From: a virus
Virus genome (UHGV): UHGV-0087734
Length of the DNA stretch: 41,126 bases
Strand: one strand, 5' to 3'
Below are positions 8,753-18,584 of this stretch, in pieces. The notes below the pieces were generated by a model, which had not been told where the DNA came from, did no database searches, and was given only the letters and a program-made list of their open reading frames with translations. Each line of letters starts with the position of its first letter. Position 1 is the stretch's first letter. The position numbers and the translations under genes are program-made.

Positions 8753-9850
8753 ATGGCCTATCGTATTGACTTACCAAATATCGACATTGTGTTCAAACAA
8801 AAAGCAGTAACTGCAGTACAACGTTCTGAACGTGGTGTATTATGTGTAATTGTTAAGGATACACAACAAGAAACAGGTATTAAAAAGTTTGTTTACAAAC
8901 GATTAGCAGATATTACAAAAACAGATTATACAACCACTAACTATGACGCATTGAAACGTGCATTTGACGTTGCTGTAAATAAAGTGTATGTTTTGAGATG
9001 TTCCGAAGCATCTGAATTAACTGATATTGTTAAAGAACTTGATAAAGTCAAATTTAATTATGTATGTACAAATGTTAAAGTGTTACAACAAGATCTCGCA
9101 AATCAAATTGTACAATATAACAAAGACAATCAAGGTCATAAATGTGTATGCGTAGCATCTGAATTAACAACCGCCGATAGTAAGTATGTTATCAATCTTA
9201 AAGGTACCGGCGGTACACTTAAAGATGGTACAACTGTAAAAGCTGAAGATTATTTGATCCGAATTGCATCCACATTATGCAATTTACCAATGAACAGAAG
9301 TTTGACATATTATGTATTTGAGGATTTAGCATCTTGGGACGATACATATTTAGATACTGAACATCCTATTGGTAAATGGATTAGTGATGGCTGGTTGACA
9401 TTGATCAATGATGATGATGAAGTAAAATGCGGTCGAGCAATTAACAGCTTGCATACATTTACAAGTACAGATACAGAAGATATGAGCTACATCATTATAG
9501 TTGAAGCAATGAACTTGATTATCGAAGATATTTATACTACGTTTAAAGATTATTACGTAGGTAAATATAAAAATACTTTGAGCAACCAACGTTTGTTTAT
9601 TACTTCTGTAAATGCTTACTTCCGTCAATTAATGCGTGAAGAAGTACTTGATGATAGTTATGACAATCACAGCTATATTGATATTGAATCTCAACGACTT
9701 GCTTGGTTAGAAATTGGTAAAACTGAAGCAGAAGACTGGGACGACAACAAAGTGCAAGAAATGTCCTTCCGTACAACAGTGTTCTTAGCTGGTGATGCTA
9801 AAATCTCTAATGCTATGGAAGATCTTAGCTTTACAATTTCTTTGGCGTAA
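8753..9850 (+). CDS. Tail sheath protein (XkdK-like)
   Basis: LPNIDIVFKQKAVTAVQRSERG, RAINSL and YVGKYKN motifs. Confidence 0.92.
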   Translation: MAYRIDLPNIDIVFKQKAVTAVQRSERGVLCVIVKDTQQETGIKKFVYKRLADITKTDYTTTNYDALKRAFDVAVNKVYVLRCSEASELTDIVKELDKVKFNYVCTNVKVLQQDLANQIVQYNKDNQGHKCVCVASELTTADSKYVINLKGTGGTLKDGTTVKAEDYLIRIASTLCNLPMNRSLTYYVFEDLASWDDTYLDTEHPIGKWISDGWLTLINDDDEVKCGRAINSLHTFTSTDTEDMSYIIIVEAMNLIIEDIYTTFKDYYVGKYKNTLSNQRLFITSVNAYFRQLMREEVLDDSYDNHSYIDIESQRLAWLEIGKTEAEDWDDNKVQEMSFRTTVFLAGDAKISNAMEDLSFTISLA

Positions 9851-9870
9851 TTGAAAGGAGTTATCGATAA

Positions 9871-10305
9871 ATGGCTAATACAATGAATGCAAACAGCGTA
9901 ATTCTAGGTACGTACGGAAAGTTATATATTAACAATGTACGTGTTGCGGAAATTAAATCTTTCGAATTGAAAGCTAGTTTAAATTATGAAGATATTAATG
10001 TGAATGGTAACTTGATTACACAATATAAATATACCGGTGCAACATTGGCCGGTACGCTCGTTGTACATAAAGTAAATTCTTTTAATATCAATCTTGTTAA
10101 AGACGCAATTAAAACTGGTGTTATGCCTGACATCAAATTCATGGGTGAACTTAAAGATCCAAATGTAAATGGTGATGAAGCGATCGAAGTATCTGATGTT
10201 ATGTTTGATGAAGCAATGTTGTTATCCTTTGCGAACGGTGAAGTACGTGAAGAATCCGTCGCATTCCGTGCAGGTGATTATAATTACTTAAGTACAATTG
10301 CGTAA
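9871..10305 (+). CDS. Tail tube protein (XkdM-like)
   Basis: VILGTYGKLYIN, GTLVVHKVNS and LKDP motifs; follows the sheath. Confidence 0.9.
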   Translation: MANTMNANSVILGTYGKLYINNVRVAEIKSFELKASLNYEDINVNGNLITQYKYTGATLAGTLVVHKVNSFNINLVKDAIKTGVMPDIKFMGELKDPNVNGDEAIEVSDVMFDEAMLLSFANGEVREESVAFRAGDYNYLSTIA

Positions 10306-10315
10306 TTGTTGTAAC

Positions 10316-10350
10316 AATAGGGAGTATTTAATTATGCTCCCTATTCATTT
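10316..10350 (+). terminator. Intrinsic terminator after tail tube
   Basis: AATAGGGAGTAT/ATGCTCCCTATT stem. Confidence 0.65.
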
Positions 10351-10370
10351 ATACTATGCGTTTTATATAT

Positions 10371-10430
10371 TGTACATTTTGTTGCAACATGATATAATAA
10401 TAAATGTAAGGAGGATATGAACCTCCTAGA
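10371..10430 (+). promoter_or_regulatory. Repeated promoter cassette copy (moron promoter) with TGTTGCAACA
   Basis: TGTACA..TATAAT, core ATAATAAATGTAAGG, 5' hairpin AGGAGG/CCTCCT; palindrome at 10380-10389. Confidence 0.7.
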
Positions 10431-10459
10431 TATTATGTTATAGAAATGAGGTAATTAAA

Positions 10460-10960
10460 ATGGCAAAAAGCACTTTAACAACAATCAATCAAATTATGAG
10501 TATCGCAAGCAAAGCACATTATCTAAACGGTGGTAATGCAAGCAAGATTTTAGCGAAAGACAAAAAAGGTATTTTCACAATTGAACAAGTTGCTACAACA
10601 TTAAATGTTGATCCTGATGAATTGAAAACATTGTTGCAACAACAAGGTATTATGTGTGGTGATTATGTTATCACTGAAGAATTTGGTGAAGGTACAAAAT
10701 TAAGTACATACGCGTTAAGAACTTTGAACAACAAAATTGCAGATACTCAAAATCAATCTAACATTTTTGATTTTCTTAAATTAAAGAAGCCACAACAAGA
10801 TCAAAAAGTTGAACCTTGGGCAGTTATTTGTAGTATTCTTTGGATCTCAGTTATCCCACTATTAATTATGGATCATCCACTAATTGCTATACTTAATTTA
10901 TTAATTAGTATAGTTTTGATGATTAAACCTGCTTACAAACAACTTAAAGGAGAAAAATAG
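10460..10960 (+). CDS. Moron-like membrane protein (possible HTH N-terminus, two C-terminal TM helices)
   Basis: Own promoter and RBS inside the tail operon; hydrophobic WAVICSILWISVIPLLIM and LIAILNLLISIVLMI. Confidence 0.65.
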   Translation: MAKSTLTTINQIMSIASKAHYLNGGNASKILAKDKKGIFTIEQVATTLNVDPDELKTLLQQQGIMCGDYVITEEFGEGTKLSTYALRTLNNKIADTQNQSNIFDFLKLKKPQQDQKVEPWAVICSILWISVIPLLIMDHPLIAILNLLISIVLMIKPAYKQLKGEK

Positions 10961-10961
10961 T

Positions 10962-11312
10962 ATGAACAATTTAGAAGCATTAATTAATAAACATAATCAA
11001 AAACAACATAATGCTACACACATTATTAAAGTTAACGACTTAACATATACAGTAAATAAAATCCCATTGTCTAACGTAATTGCGTTACAAGAAGAATATG
11101 GAGATTCTAAAACAGGTCAATTTGAATTTGCAAAAGAATTAACATATTTGAGCATCGCAGATTTTCGTGATCCTAAACTACATGAAATGATCGACGTTAA
11201 AGGTGAACCACATAACATTATTGAGGAAATTTTTGAACCTAAAGAATTAACAGGATTATTGACAGAAGTTAGTAAATGCTATGGTGAACAAGTTGACGTA
11301 AAAAAGCAATAA
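10962..11312 (+). CDS. Tail assembly chaperone (XkdN/gpG-like)
   Basis: Between tube and tape measure; ends in the slippery sequence A AAA AAG. Confidence 0.8.
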   Translation: MNNLEALINKHNQKQHNATHIIKVNDLTYTVNKIPLSNVIALQEEYGDSKTGQFEFAKELTYLSIADFRDPKLHEMIDVKGEPHNIIEEIFEPKELTGLLTEVSKCYGEQVDVKKQ

Positions 11313-11458
11313 ATTCAGATAGTGAATTACAAGTAATGGCTTATTGGATGTTACAAGGTCAATCACTTTCTGAAATATCTAATTGGTCTAAAATTCAACT
11401 TGGATTTGCCAGTGCAGTTATGGAGTTAGAAATTGAAAATAGAAACAAAAGAACTTGA
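11300..11458 (+). CDS. -1 frameshift extension of the tail chaperone (gpGT-like)
   Basis: AAAAAAG at 11300-11306; the -1 frame stays open as KKAINSDSELQVMAYWMLQGQSLSEISNWSKIQLGFASAVMELEIENRNKRT. Confidence 0.75.
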   Translation, partial: KKAINSDSELQVMAYWMLQGQSLSEISNWSKIQLGFASAVMELEIENRNKRT

Positions 11459-11912
11459 GCTATTTGGTAAGCGTTTTGACTCATTTGTAAAACTCAAAAT
11501 TGTAAGGGGTTTTTGTTGGACTGCAATAAATAAAACAGGCAAATTAGGGAAACAAGTCGTGAACAACAATTGGTCGCGAAATAAGTTTGTTAACAAATTT
11601 ATTGCAAATGGTAGTTTAAAATCTGGATATGATAAAGCAAGTCGATATATCATACAAGCAAAAAATGGTAAACCATTAAGACGAGCAGAATTTGTAAATG
11701 ATGGCGTAATGGTAAATCGTATCATGATATATAATAAGCGTAAAGCAAAAACGAAACGTACAAAACGTAGTTTTTATGCTGATACAGTTTTACAACGTAT
11801 AGCAAAACAACGTGTATATGATGAACGTACTAAGCGAATATTAGAAGCCGATTTGAAAAAAGGTATATCGATCGCTATTCCAGATGCATTCAAAAAGATT
11901 GGAGGTAAGTGA
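11433..11912 (+). CDS. Basic virion protein, possibly HK97 gp10/lambda gpZ-like neck protein
   Basis: Very K/R-rich; RRAEFVNDG resembles the gp10-type A.FVExG motif; GGAG RBS before TTG. Confidence 0.45.
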   Translation: MKIETKELELFGKRFDSFVKLKIVRGFCWTAINKTGKLGKQVVNNNWSRNKFVNKFIANGSLKSGYDKASRYIIQAKNGKPLRRAEFVNDGVMVNRIMIYNKRKAKTKRTKRSFYADTVLQRIAKQRVYDERTKRILEADLKKGISIAIPDAFKKIGGK

Positions 11913-13492
11913 TGGAGTATTCTGTACGACTTGGACTTGTCGACAATTTAACGGGATCACTTAACAAAGCAAATGCTGGGATACAGCAAAGTGTAAGTAA
12001 AGTATCTGCATTGGGTAAAAGTCTCGCGGGTTTGGGTGTTACACTTGGTGTCGGTGCTGTATTAGGCGCTGTGAAAACACTAACAGATGCATTAAATGAT
12101 CAAGCAAAAGCAGATAAACGTGTTAACGATAATGCATACGCGTATGGTGCTGCATTAGGTTATACACAAGAACAAATTGATAATTTATATCAATCGACAC
12201 TTGATTATGCAGGAGCGTCACAAGATAAAGGGATTTTTGGGGATGAAGAACTCGAACGCATGATGGCTCAAAACATGCAAATGGGTGTACAATCCGATTT
12301 ACTATCTAAAGTCGGGGATATGACACGAGATTTAACAGTAAGGATGAAAGGTGCTAGTGCTACTGAGGAAGATTTATTGGCAGCTAATAAACTTATTAAT
12401 ACTGCAATCGTTGGTGGTACACTTCCAAGTTTAAAAAAATGGGGCATCAGTTTAGATGATGTATCATCTGCACAATTTAAAGCAATGTCTCAACAAGAAC
12501 GTGCAACATTAATTATGGATCGATTTAATAAAGCAGCAATTACTGGTGCTGATGCAAATGCACGCAATACTATGGCCGGACATTTTGAAGCTATTAAAAA
12601 TAATATAGGTGATATAATTCAAGAAATAGCAAAATGGACTTTACCTCCAGGATTAAGTGAAGGTTTAGCAGGTATCGATAATTTTGTTGTGAGACTTCGC
12701 GATGATTTTAAATCGGTAACAAATCCTATTGATCTTTTAAAATTAGAAATTGGAGGAATGATTGAACAATTCCAAACAGCATTCCCGCATGCATCTCGAT
12801 TGCTTGAATTACTTGGAAAATTCGGTGCAGTTGTAGGTATTATTTATGGAGTAGTACAAGCTGGCTTTGGACTTGTTGCTATGTTCACAGCAATAAAAGC
12901 AGCAGCAAGTGCAGCATGGTTAGTAGTAACAGCAAATCCTGTTGTATTCGCATTATATGCTGTGATCGCGGTATTAGTTTTGATTTACACATATTGGGAT
13001 GAAATTTCTGCCGTTGCATCTGCTTGTTGGGAAACAATCACATCTGGTTGCTCAGCATTTATCGATTATGCAGTTGGTGCTTGGGATTCTTTCTGTGCGT
13101 CGGTAACAAGTGTATTTGATGCAATTGCTGCAAAAGCGCAATGGTTATGGGCCAATACACCATTACCTAAAATTTTTGATATAATCTCAAAAGGTATAGG
13201 TTGGGTTAGTGATGTTGCTAGTTCTGTTATTGGTAAGAATGCAACAGGTACAAATTACTTTGCCGGCGGTTTAACACATGTCAACGAAGTAGGTGGGGAA
13301 ATTATGAATTTGCCTAATGGTACTCAAATTATTCCTCATGACATATCTAAGAAAATGGCTAGTGCAGGATCTGGAAATAATGTTACAGTAAACGTAAATG
13401 TTGCTGGCAACGTGATTGGTAATCAAGATTTTATCGATCAAGTCGGTGATGCAATTTCTAGTCGTGTTAGTATGGCAATTGCAAATAGCTAA
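11909..13492 (+). CDS. Tape measure protein (short)
   Basis: Ala/Gly-rich helical protein with ANPV, W-repeats and C-terminal NATGTNYFAGGLTHVNEVGGE. Confidence 0.9.
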   Translation: MMEYSVRLGLVDNLTGSLNKANAGIQQSVSKVSALGKSLAGLGVTLGVGAVLGAVKTLTDALNDQAKADKRVNDNAYAYGAALGYTQEQIDNLYQSTLDYAGASQDKGIFGDEELERMMAQNMQMGVQSDLLSKVGDMTRDLTVRMKGASATEEDLLAANKLINTAIVGGTLPSLKKWGISLDDVSSAQFKAMSQQERATLIMDRFNKAAITGADANARNTMAGHFEAIKNNIGDIIQEIAKWTLPPGLSEGLAGIDNFVVRLRDDFKSVTNPIDLLKLEIGGMIEQFQTAFPHASRLLELLGKFGAVVGIIYGVVQAGFGLVAMFTAIKAAASAAWLVVTANPVVFALYAVIAVLVLIYTYWDEISAVASACWETITSGCSAFIDYAVGAWDSFCASVTSVFDAIAAKAQWLWANTPLPKIFDIISKGIGWVSDVASSVIGKNATGTNYFAGGLTHVNEVGGEIMNLPNGTQIIPHDISKKMASAGSGNNVTVNVNVAGNVIGNQDFIDQVGDAISSRVSMAIANS

Positions 13493-13508
13493 TATGTAAT
13501 AAAGTTAT

Positions 13509-13540
13509 AATAAGGATGCTTATATAGCATCCTTATTTTT
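13509..13540 (+). terminator. Intrinsic terminator after tape measure
   Basis: AATAAGGATGCT/AGCATCCTTATT stem plus T run. Confidence 0.75.
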
Positions 13541-13541
13541 A

Positions 13542-13570
13542 TTTACTTGTTGTAACATATATGGTATAAT
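13542..13570 (+). promoter_or_regulatory. Internal promoter with variant palindrome TGTTGTAACA
   Basis: TTTACT-17-TATAAT with extended TG. Confidence 0.7.
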
Positions 13571-13595
13571 AAGATATATAAAGGAGGTGAAATAT

Positions 13596-14096
13596 TTGAA
13601 TTTAACAACTTTACTCAATCTATATCGCACGTACCTAGCATATAGAGGTAATAAAAATGTACGTGCAGAAATATCACTATTAGTTGAGGGAGGATCTTCT
13701 GTTACGTTGCCAGTTGTACCTGGTGAACTTCCGACGGTAAACACGCCACAAAATAATGAAGTATTTAATAGTGTTATCGGGGATGTCTCAATTATGGGTT
13801 TGCTTGGTTTGCGTACTGTGTCTTTTGATGATTACTTATTGCCGAGCGATGTTAGCAACTATTCTTGGGCTAAAGGTGATAATGGATCTGATATTATTAA
13901 TTGGATAAATGACAATCGTCAAACAGGTCAGCCATTTCGTATTATCATTACGAAAGGTGATGTGACTTACCTCAACATGAGTTGTCTTATTGATACATTC
14001 TCATACTATCAGGACAATCAAGCGGATTTTCATCTAAATATGGAACTCACAGAATATCGCACATATAACTCACAAACAGGAGGTCTTGAATGTTAA
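13596..14096 (+). CDS. Baseplate/tail tube initiator (XkdP-like, no LysM)
   Basis: LPVVP, GLRTVSF and ELTEYR motifs; follows tape measure. Confidence 0.75.
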   Translation: MNLTTLLNLYRTYLAYRGNKNVRAEISLLVEGGSSVTLPVVPGELPTVNTPQNNEVFNSVIGDVSIMGLLGLRTVSFDDYLLPSDVSNYSWAKGDNGSDIINWINDNRQTGQPFRIIITKGDVTYLNMSCLIDTFSYYQDNQADFHLNMELTEYRTYNSQTGGLEC

Positions 14097-15073
14097 GAAT
14101 TGAAGCAAATATTGATGGATTACCTTATATCATTTCAGCCTTTTGTGGTAATATGACATTGAGCGATGACATCAAAAGTCTAGGTCGTCAATTATCATTT
14201 GACTATCTAAACAACAAAGTACTGGATCACAATACTGTTTGGATTGATTTAAAACTTGGCGATACAATTTATATGTATGACGACGATGAACTCATATTTG
14301 TTGGCACAATCCAAAAAGCAACTCGCAATGGTTTATCTACATATCAATATGATGTATTTGATAATGCGATCTACTTAAATCATCAAGAGGCTCGAATTCA
14401 GTTTAATGATGTTAGTGTAAAACAAGCAATTGAAACACTATGCAAACAAGAATACATACCATGTGACGTTGCATGTGATATTACAACGAAAGTAACTAAG
14501 ATTTATAATGGTGATACTATATCTAAAATTATAGATGATTTACTTAAGTTAGCAACAGATGAAACAGGTAAACGTTATCGTCGAGAATATACGAACAGCA
14601 AATTGTATATTAACACATTTGATAATTTATCTATGGAATGGGAAAGCGAGCCACTTGTATCAAACTTTTCACAAGAATTTGATTGTGCTGAAATTGCAAA
14701 TAAGATAGTTATACTATCTGGCAATGAAAAAAATACACAAGTTGTTGCAACAAAACAAGATGACGAATCAATCAAAAAATATGGGTTATACGTTAAATAT
14801 GTAAAAGTAGACGACAAGAAAAAAGCACAAGCTGATAACATTGCTGAGAAAACTCTTAAAAACTCAGCAAATCCTAAAAAGTCTATTAAAGCAACTTTAC
14901 TTGGTGATAACTATGTTCGTGCTGGTAGGATCCTGAAATTTAATCAACCAAATATCGGAATGATAGGAAAATACTTAGTTACAGATTGCTCACATTCATA
15001 TGATCAAGCAAATCACACAATGGATGTTACATTGATTTTAAATGAGGAGGTAAATTTAGATGTGGGAGTATGA
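14090..15073 (+). CDS. Baseplate hub (XkdQ-like)
   Basis: DDESIKKYG, RAGR, GKYLVTDCSH and HTMDVTL motifs. Confidence 0.8.
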   Translation: MLRIEANIDGLPYIISAFCGNMTLSDDIKSLGRQLSFDYLNNKVLDHNTVWIDLKLGDTIYMYDDDELIFVGTIQKATRNGLSTYQYDVFDNAIYLNHQEARIQFNDVSVKQAIETLCKQEYIPCDVACDITTKVTKIYNGDTISKIIDDLLKLATDETGKRYRREYTNSKLYINTFDNLSMEWESEPLVSNFSQEFDCAEIANKIVILSGNEKNTQVVATKQDDESIKKYGLYVKYVKVDDKKKAQADNIAEKTLKNSANPKKSIKATLLGDNYVRAGRILKFNQPNIGMIGKYLVTDCSHSYDQANHTMDVTLILNEEVNLDVGV

Positions 15074-15452
15074 TTTAGCTCAGCAATTTAAAATGCGAGA
15101 TAATCCAAAAACAAAAATGGGCCCGATGATTGGTAAAGTAGTTAGTACTTCTCCGCCAGTAATTACTATTCAAGATGGAAAATACACAATCAAAGGTGAT
15201 CAATTATATGTTGCATATCATCTATTGGAACGTAAATCCGCATATACGAATATGACTCAATCAGGAAATATTTCAATTAGTTGTCATCCATGTCAAGGTA
15301 GTTATACCGCAAGTTGTACCGGTGATATTCAACTTGAAGAAGTTTGGAAAACTGGTGATCTTGTTCTTGTGATCCCTACAGAATCTGAACAACAATTTAT
15401 AGTGGTTGATGTTATTCGACAATTAAAAGGTTGCAATAGTCAAGCAAAATAA
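15060..15452 (+). CDS. Baseplate spike-like protein (XkdR/DUF2577-like)
   Basis: IGKVVSTSP and KTGDLVLV..QQFIVVD motifs. Confidence 0.75.
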   Translation: MWEYDLAQQFKMRDNPKTKMGPMIGKVVSTSPPVITIQDGKYTIKGDQLYVAYHLLERKSAYTNMTQSGNISISCHPCQGSYTASCTGDIQLEEVWKTGDLVLVIPTESEQQFIVVDVIRQLKGCNSQAK

Positions 15453-15456
15453 ATTA

Positions 15457-15485
15457 TGTACATTGTTGCAACAGTATGATATAAT
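15457..15485 (+). promoter_or_regulatory. Internal promoter with TGTTGCAACA
   Basis: TGTACA-17-TATAAT; palindrome at 15464-15473. Confidence 0.7.
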
Positions 15486-15500
15486 AAATAGTGTTAGGAG

Positions 15501-15848
15501 GTGAACATTATAAAATCTATAAAATTTAATTATGATACTAATACGTTCAATGTCGACGAATTCCCTAGTGAAGTTGATCAAATAAAGCAATGGGTCGAGC
15601 TACTCATTAAAGTAGAAAAAGACAAATACAAAATATACGATGACAACTTTGGTATGGACTTTAGTGATATAGTTGGTTATCGTTTACCTAGAAGTGTGCA
15701 AGTATCTGAAATCATCCGCAGATTAAAACGTACAATTATTAATGGTTGTGATCACGTTACAGATGTACGTGATTTTACATTTGATAAAGGTACATTCACA
15801 TTCACATTGATTACTGACTTAGGAGAAGAGGTGATATTGCATGTATAA
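15501..15848 (+). CDS. Baseplate wedge protein (XkdS/DUF2634-like)
   Basis: IKQWV, YKIYDDNFG and SEIIRR motifs; true start probably ATA 15510. Confidence 0.8.
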   Translation: MNIIKSIKFNYDTNTFNVDEFPSEVDQIKQWVELLIKVEKDKYKIYDDNFGMDFSDIVGYRLPRSVQVSEIIRRLKRTIINGCDHVTDVRDFTFDKGTFTFTLITDLGEEVILHV

Positions 15849-16908
15849 TGACAAAAGTCTAAATGATATTCACAATTTAATGTTAGCAAATATCGACAAT
15901 GAATATCGAAAACGTCAAGGTTATCCTACTTGGGATTTAACACGTGGCTTTGCATATGGTGTAAAATCATGTTGGGATTTAGCATATGATGTTGCTAAAA
16001 AATTAGACGTTGAAAATTTAAATGGGGAAGAATTAGACACATTCATTTCTGAGCGTACTGGTCTTGATCGTAAACAAGCAACAAAATCAAAAGGTGAGAT
16101 CACGATTGTACAAGGTAATGGATCAATTTTAAAAGGTGATTTATTCGCAACAGTTGAGGGTATCCAATTTGTTGCAACAGAGTCAAAAGAGGTTCATGCT
16201 GGTGATGTTGTAAAAATTGAGTCAGTCATGGGTGGTCAAGTAACAAATGCTGGTATTAATGAAATTACGGAAATGCCGGTAACATTACAAGGTATTTACA
16301 AGATCACGAACAACAAAGCATGTACAGGTGGTTATGATAAAGAAACGGATACAGATTATCGAGAACGTTATTACATCAAACTACGTACACCTGTTAATGG
16401 TGTAAATGCTAACCAGTATGTAATATGGGCAGAAGAAATTGACGGAGTAGGTAAAGCTCGATGTGTTCCAATTTGGAATGGGATTAATACTGTAAAAGTT
16501 GTATTAATTGGTAATGACTTCAAGCCAGCAAGTGAGGATCTTGTAACACGTGTTCAAACTTATATTGATCCAAATAAAAATGGTGATGGATCTGGTGTTG
16601 CAACAATTGGGGCAGTAACAACTGTTGTTGCAGCTACACAAAAGAATGTTGACATTACTATTTATGGATTAAAAGTAAGCGGAGCATTAGAAGAAACAAA
16701 AAATGTGATTAAGGAAAATCTTGATCGATACATTAAAACTAGTGCTTTCAATAAAGATTATATTTCACTTGCAAAAATCGGACTTGTAGTTGCGGAAACA
16801 AAAAATGTAGAAGATTATAGAGAAATTAGACTTAATAATTCTCATGAAAGTTTACAATTACAACCAGACGAATGTGGTGTATTAAATGAGGTAACATACA
16901 ATGACTAA
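15841..16908 (+). CDS. Baseplate J-like protein (XkdT-like)
   Basis: GGYDKETD, YVIWAEEIDGVG and PIWNGINTVKV motifs. Confidence 0.92.
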   Translation: MYNDKSLNDIHNLMLANIDNEYRKRQGYPTWDLTRGFAYGVKSCWDLAYDVAKKLDVENLNGEELDTFISERTGLDRKQATKSKGEITIVQGNGSILKGDLFATVEGIQFVATESKEVHAGDVVKIESVMGGQVTNAGINEITEMPVTLQGIYKITNNKACTGGYDKETDTDYRERYYIKLRTPVNGVNANQYVIWAEEIDGVGKARCVPIWNGINTVKVVLIGNDFKPASEDLVTRVQTYIDPNKNGDGSGVATIGAVTTVVAATQKNVDITIYGLKVSGALEETKNVIKENLDRYIKTSAFNKDYISLAKIGLVVAETKNVEDYREIRLNNSHESLQLQPDECGVLNEVTYND

Positions 16909-17545
16909 GGATGAAATGCTTAAAACGTTACCTCGTTTGTATCGTAAAGATAAATGGCTCAATCAAATTTATAATGCATCTCAATTAAGAGAAGTTGATA
17001 ATCTATCTCAAATTGATTATAACAATATTTTCATGTCAACACTTGATGATTATGGTTGCTCGTTATATGAACGTGATTTATTGCTAGATCGGAAAACAAC
17101 AATTGAAGATCGTCGAAGTGCTATCATTACAAAATGGAGAGCAAATCATAGATGTACGTTACAAGTATTGCAAGATATTGTGAATCAATGGTTTGGTGAT
17201 AAATGTCAAGTATCATATGACGGCAACGCGACTGTAACACATACAACAAAAGTCGGAACGCGATATGATCCTACAAATTATTATTATCAATCATTCTTAA
17301 ATGAGTATATGAACATATTCCCAGCTCATTTCAATCTCGTTTGGAATCACATGCATAACAGGTGGATTGATTATTGTAAACCACATTCATGGGGCTATGC
17401 AAAAGACGAGTATTATAATTGGCGAAGTCCTAAATCTCATACATGGAAAGATGAGAAATATATGTTGCGTGGTAAGTTATGGGAGTATAATTCTACTCGA
17501 ACATGGGATGATGTTTATGATAGTGAAATTACTTGGGAGGAATAA
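16901..17545 (+). CDS. Baseplate protein (XkdU/DUF2313-like)
   Basis: IEDRRSAIITK and PAHF motifs; follows baseplate J. Confidence 0.75.
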   Translation: MTKDEMLKTLPRLYRKDKWLNQIYNASQLREVDNLSQIDYNNIFMSTLDDYGCSLYERDLLLDRKTTIEDRRSAIITKWRANHRCTLQVLQDIVNQWFGDKCQVSYDGNATVTHTTKVGTRYDPTNYYYQSFLNEYMNIFPAHFNLVWNHMHNRWIDYCKPHSWGYAKDEYYNWRSPKSHTWKDEKYMLRGKLWEYNSTRTWDDVYDSEITWEE

Positions 17546-18210
17546 TGGAAAAGACTACAAATTACAAATTGTATAAACCATCATATGATGATGATGTAGA
17601 CATTCAAATTCTTAATAATAATATGGATATTTTGGATGATAACTTAAAACGTAACAATGATAAATTCAAACAATATCTTCCGTTAAGCGGTGGCAAAATG
17701 CAAGGTGATATTATGCTACCAAATGAAAGAGCGATGAGATATGATCCGAACACTTGCATAAAATTTATTATACAAAACGAGTTAAAGACAATAAGATTAG
17801 AGGGTGAGCGATTATCTTTTAATACACCAAACGATAAACACTTTAAAGTAGATGATACAGGATTAAACTTCGATGGTGATAATGTAATTTTAGAATCATA
17901 CACAGATATAGGATGGCACGCCGGATATGTAAAACTATCAACAGGATTATGCATCCAATGGGGTTATGTAAATCCGCAAGGTAGCACGTATAATGTACAA
18001 CATGCAACATTTAAAACGCCGATGCTAAATCCACAATATGTGGTTGTAACATCTCGTAGTTTTGGCGTTGACAATAAACCGACTAGTGTTGAAATGCGTT
18101 GGGGATCTGCAACGTTTAATTTAACTACTACCGGATTTGACATTGTATGTGCTGAGCCATCTGCTTATGGACATACTGAATTTTGGATTGCTATTGGGAG
18201 ACATAAATAA
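17545..18210 (+). CDS. Tail fibre/receptor-binding protein 1
   Basis: KTTNYKLYKP..LNNNMDILD, YLPLSGG, GYVKLSTGLCIQWG and WIAIG motifs. Confidence 0.8.
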   Translation: MEKTTNYKLYKPSYDDDVDIQILNNNMDILDDNLKRNNDKFKQYLPLSGGKMQGDIMLPNERAMRYDPNTCIKFIIQNELKTIRLEGERLSFNTPNDKHFKVDDTGLNFDGDNVILESYTDIGWHAGYVKLSTGLCIQWGYVNPQGSTYNVQHATFKTPMLNPQYVVVTSRSFGVDNKPTSVEMRWGSATFNLTTTGFDIVCAEPSAYGHTEFWIAIGRHK

Positions 18211-18584
18211 TGTTAGGTAAAAAAATGTACAAACACGATTTTAACGAAGTCGAATATAAAAATATGGCTGATTGGTGTAACGAGCATAATTGCACTATTG
18301 AAGATAAAGGAACTTATTATGAAGTAGTAAAAGTTGATAATACTGCTTTAGAAAACAAATTCAAAAAACAAAATTTACAAGCTGAAATTAATGCTATCAA
18401 TATAAAATTATCTGAATTACGTGGTATTAGTGAATGCGCAATTTCTGTTGATGGCGAAAATCAATATGATGTATTTGTTGATGGTGAATTAAAAGTTATG
18501 AACGAAACAGAATTTCAAAATTACTTTGATGAATTAAGTAATAAGCGTTCTGATTTACTAGCACAATATAAGGAGTTGAAATAA
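18210..18584 (+). CDS. Probable tail fibre assembly/chaperone protein
   Basis: Between the two fibre genes, translationally coupled to both. Confidence 0.5.
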   Translation: MLGKKMYKHDFNEVEYKNMADWCNEHNCTIEDKGTYYEVVKVDNTALENKFKKQNLQAEINAINIKLSELRGISECAISVDGENQYDVFVDGELKVMNETEFQNYFDELSNKRSDLLAQYKELK

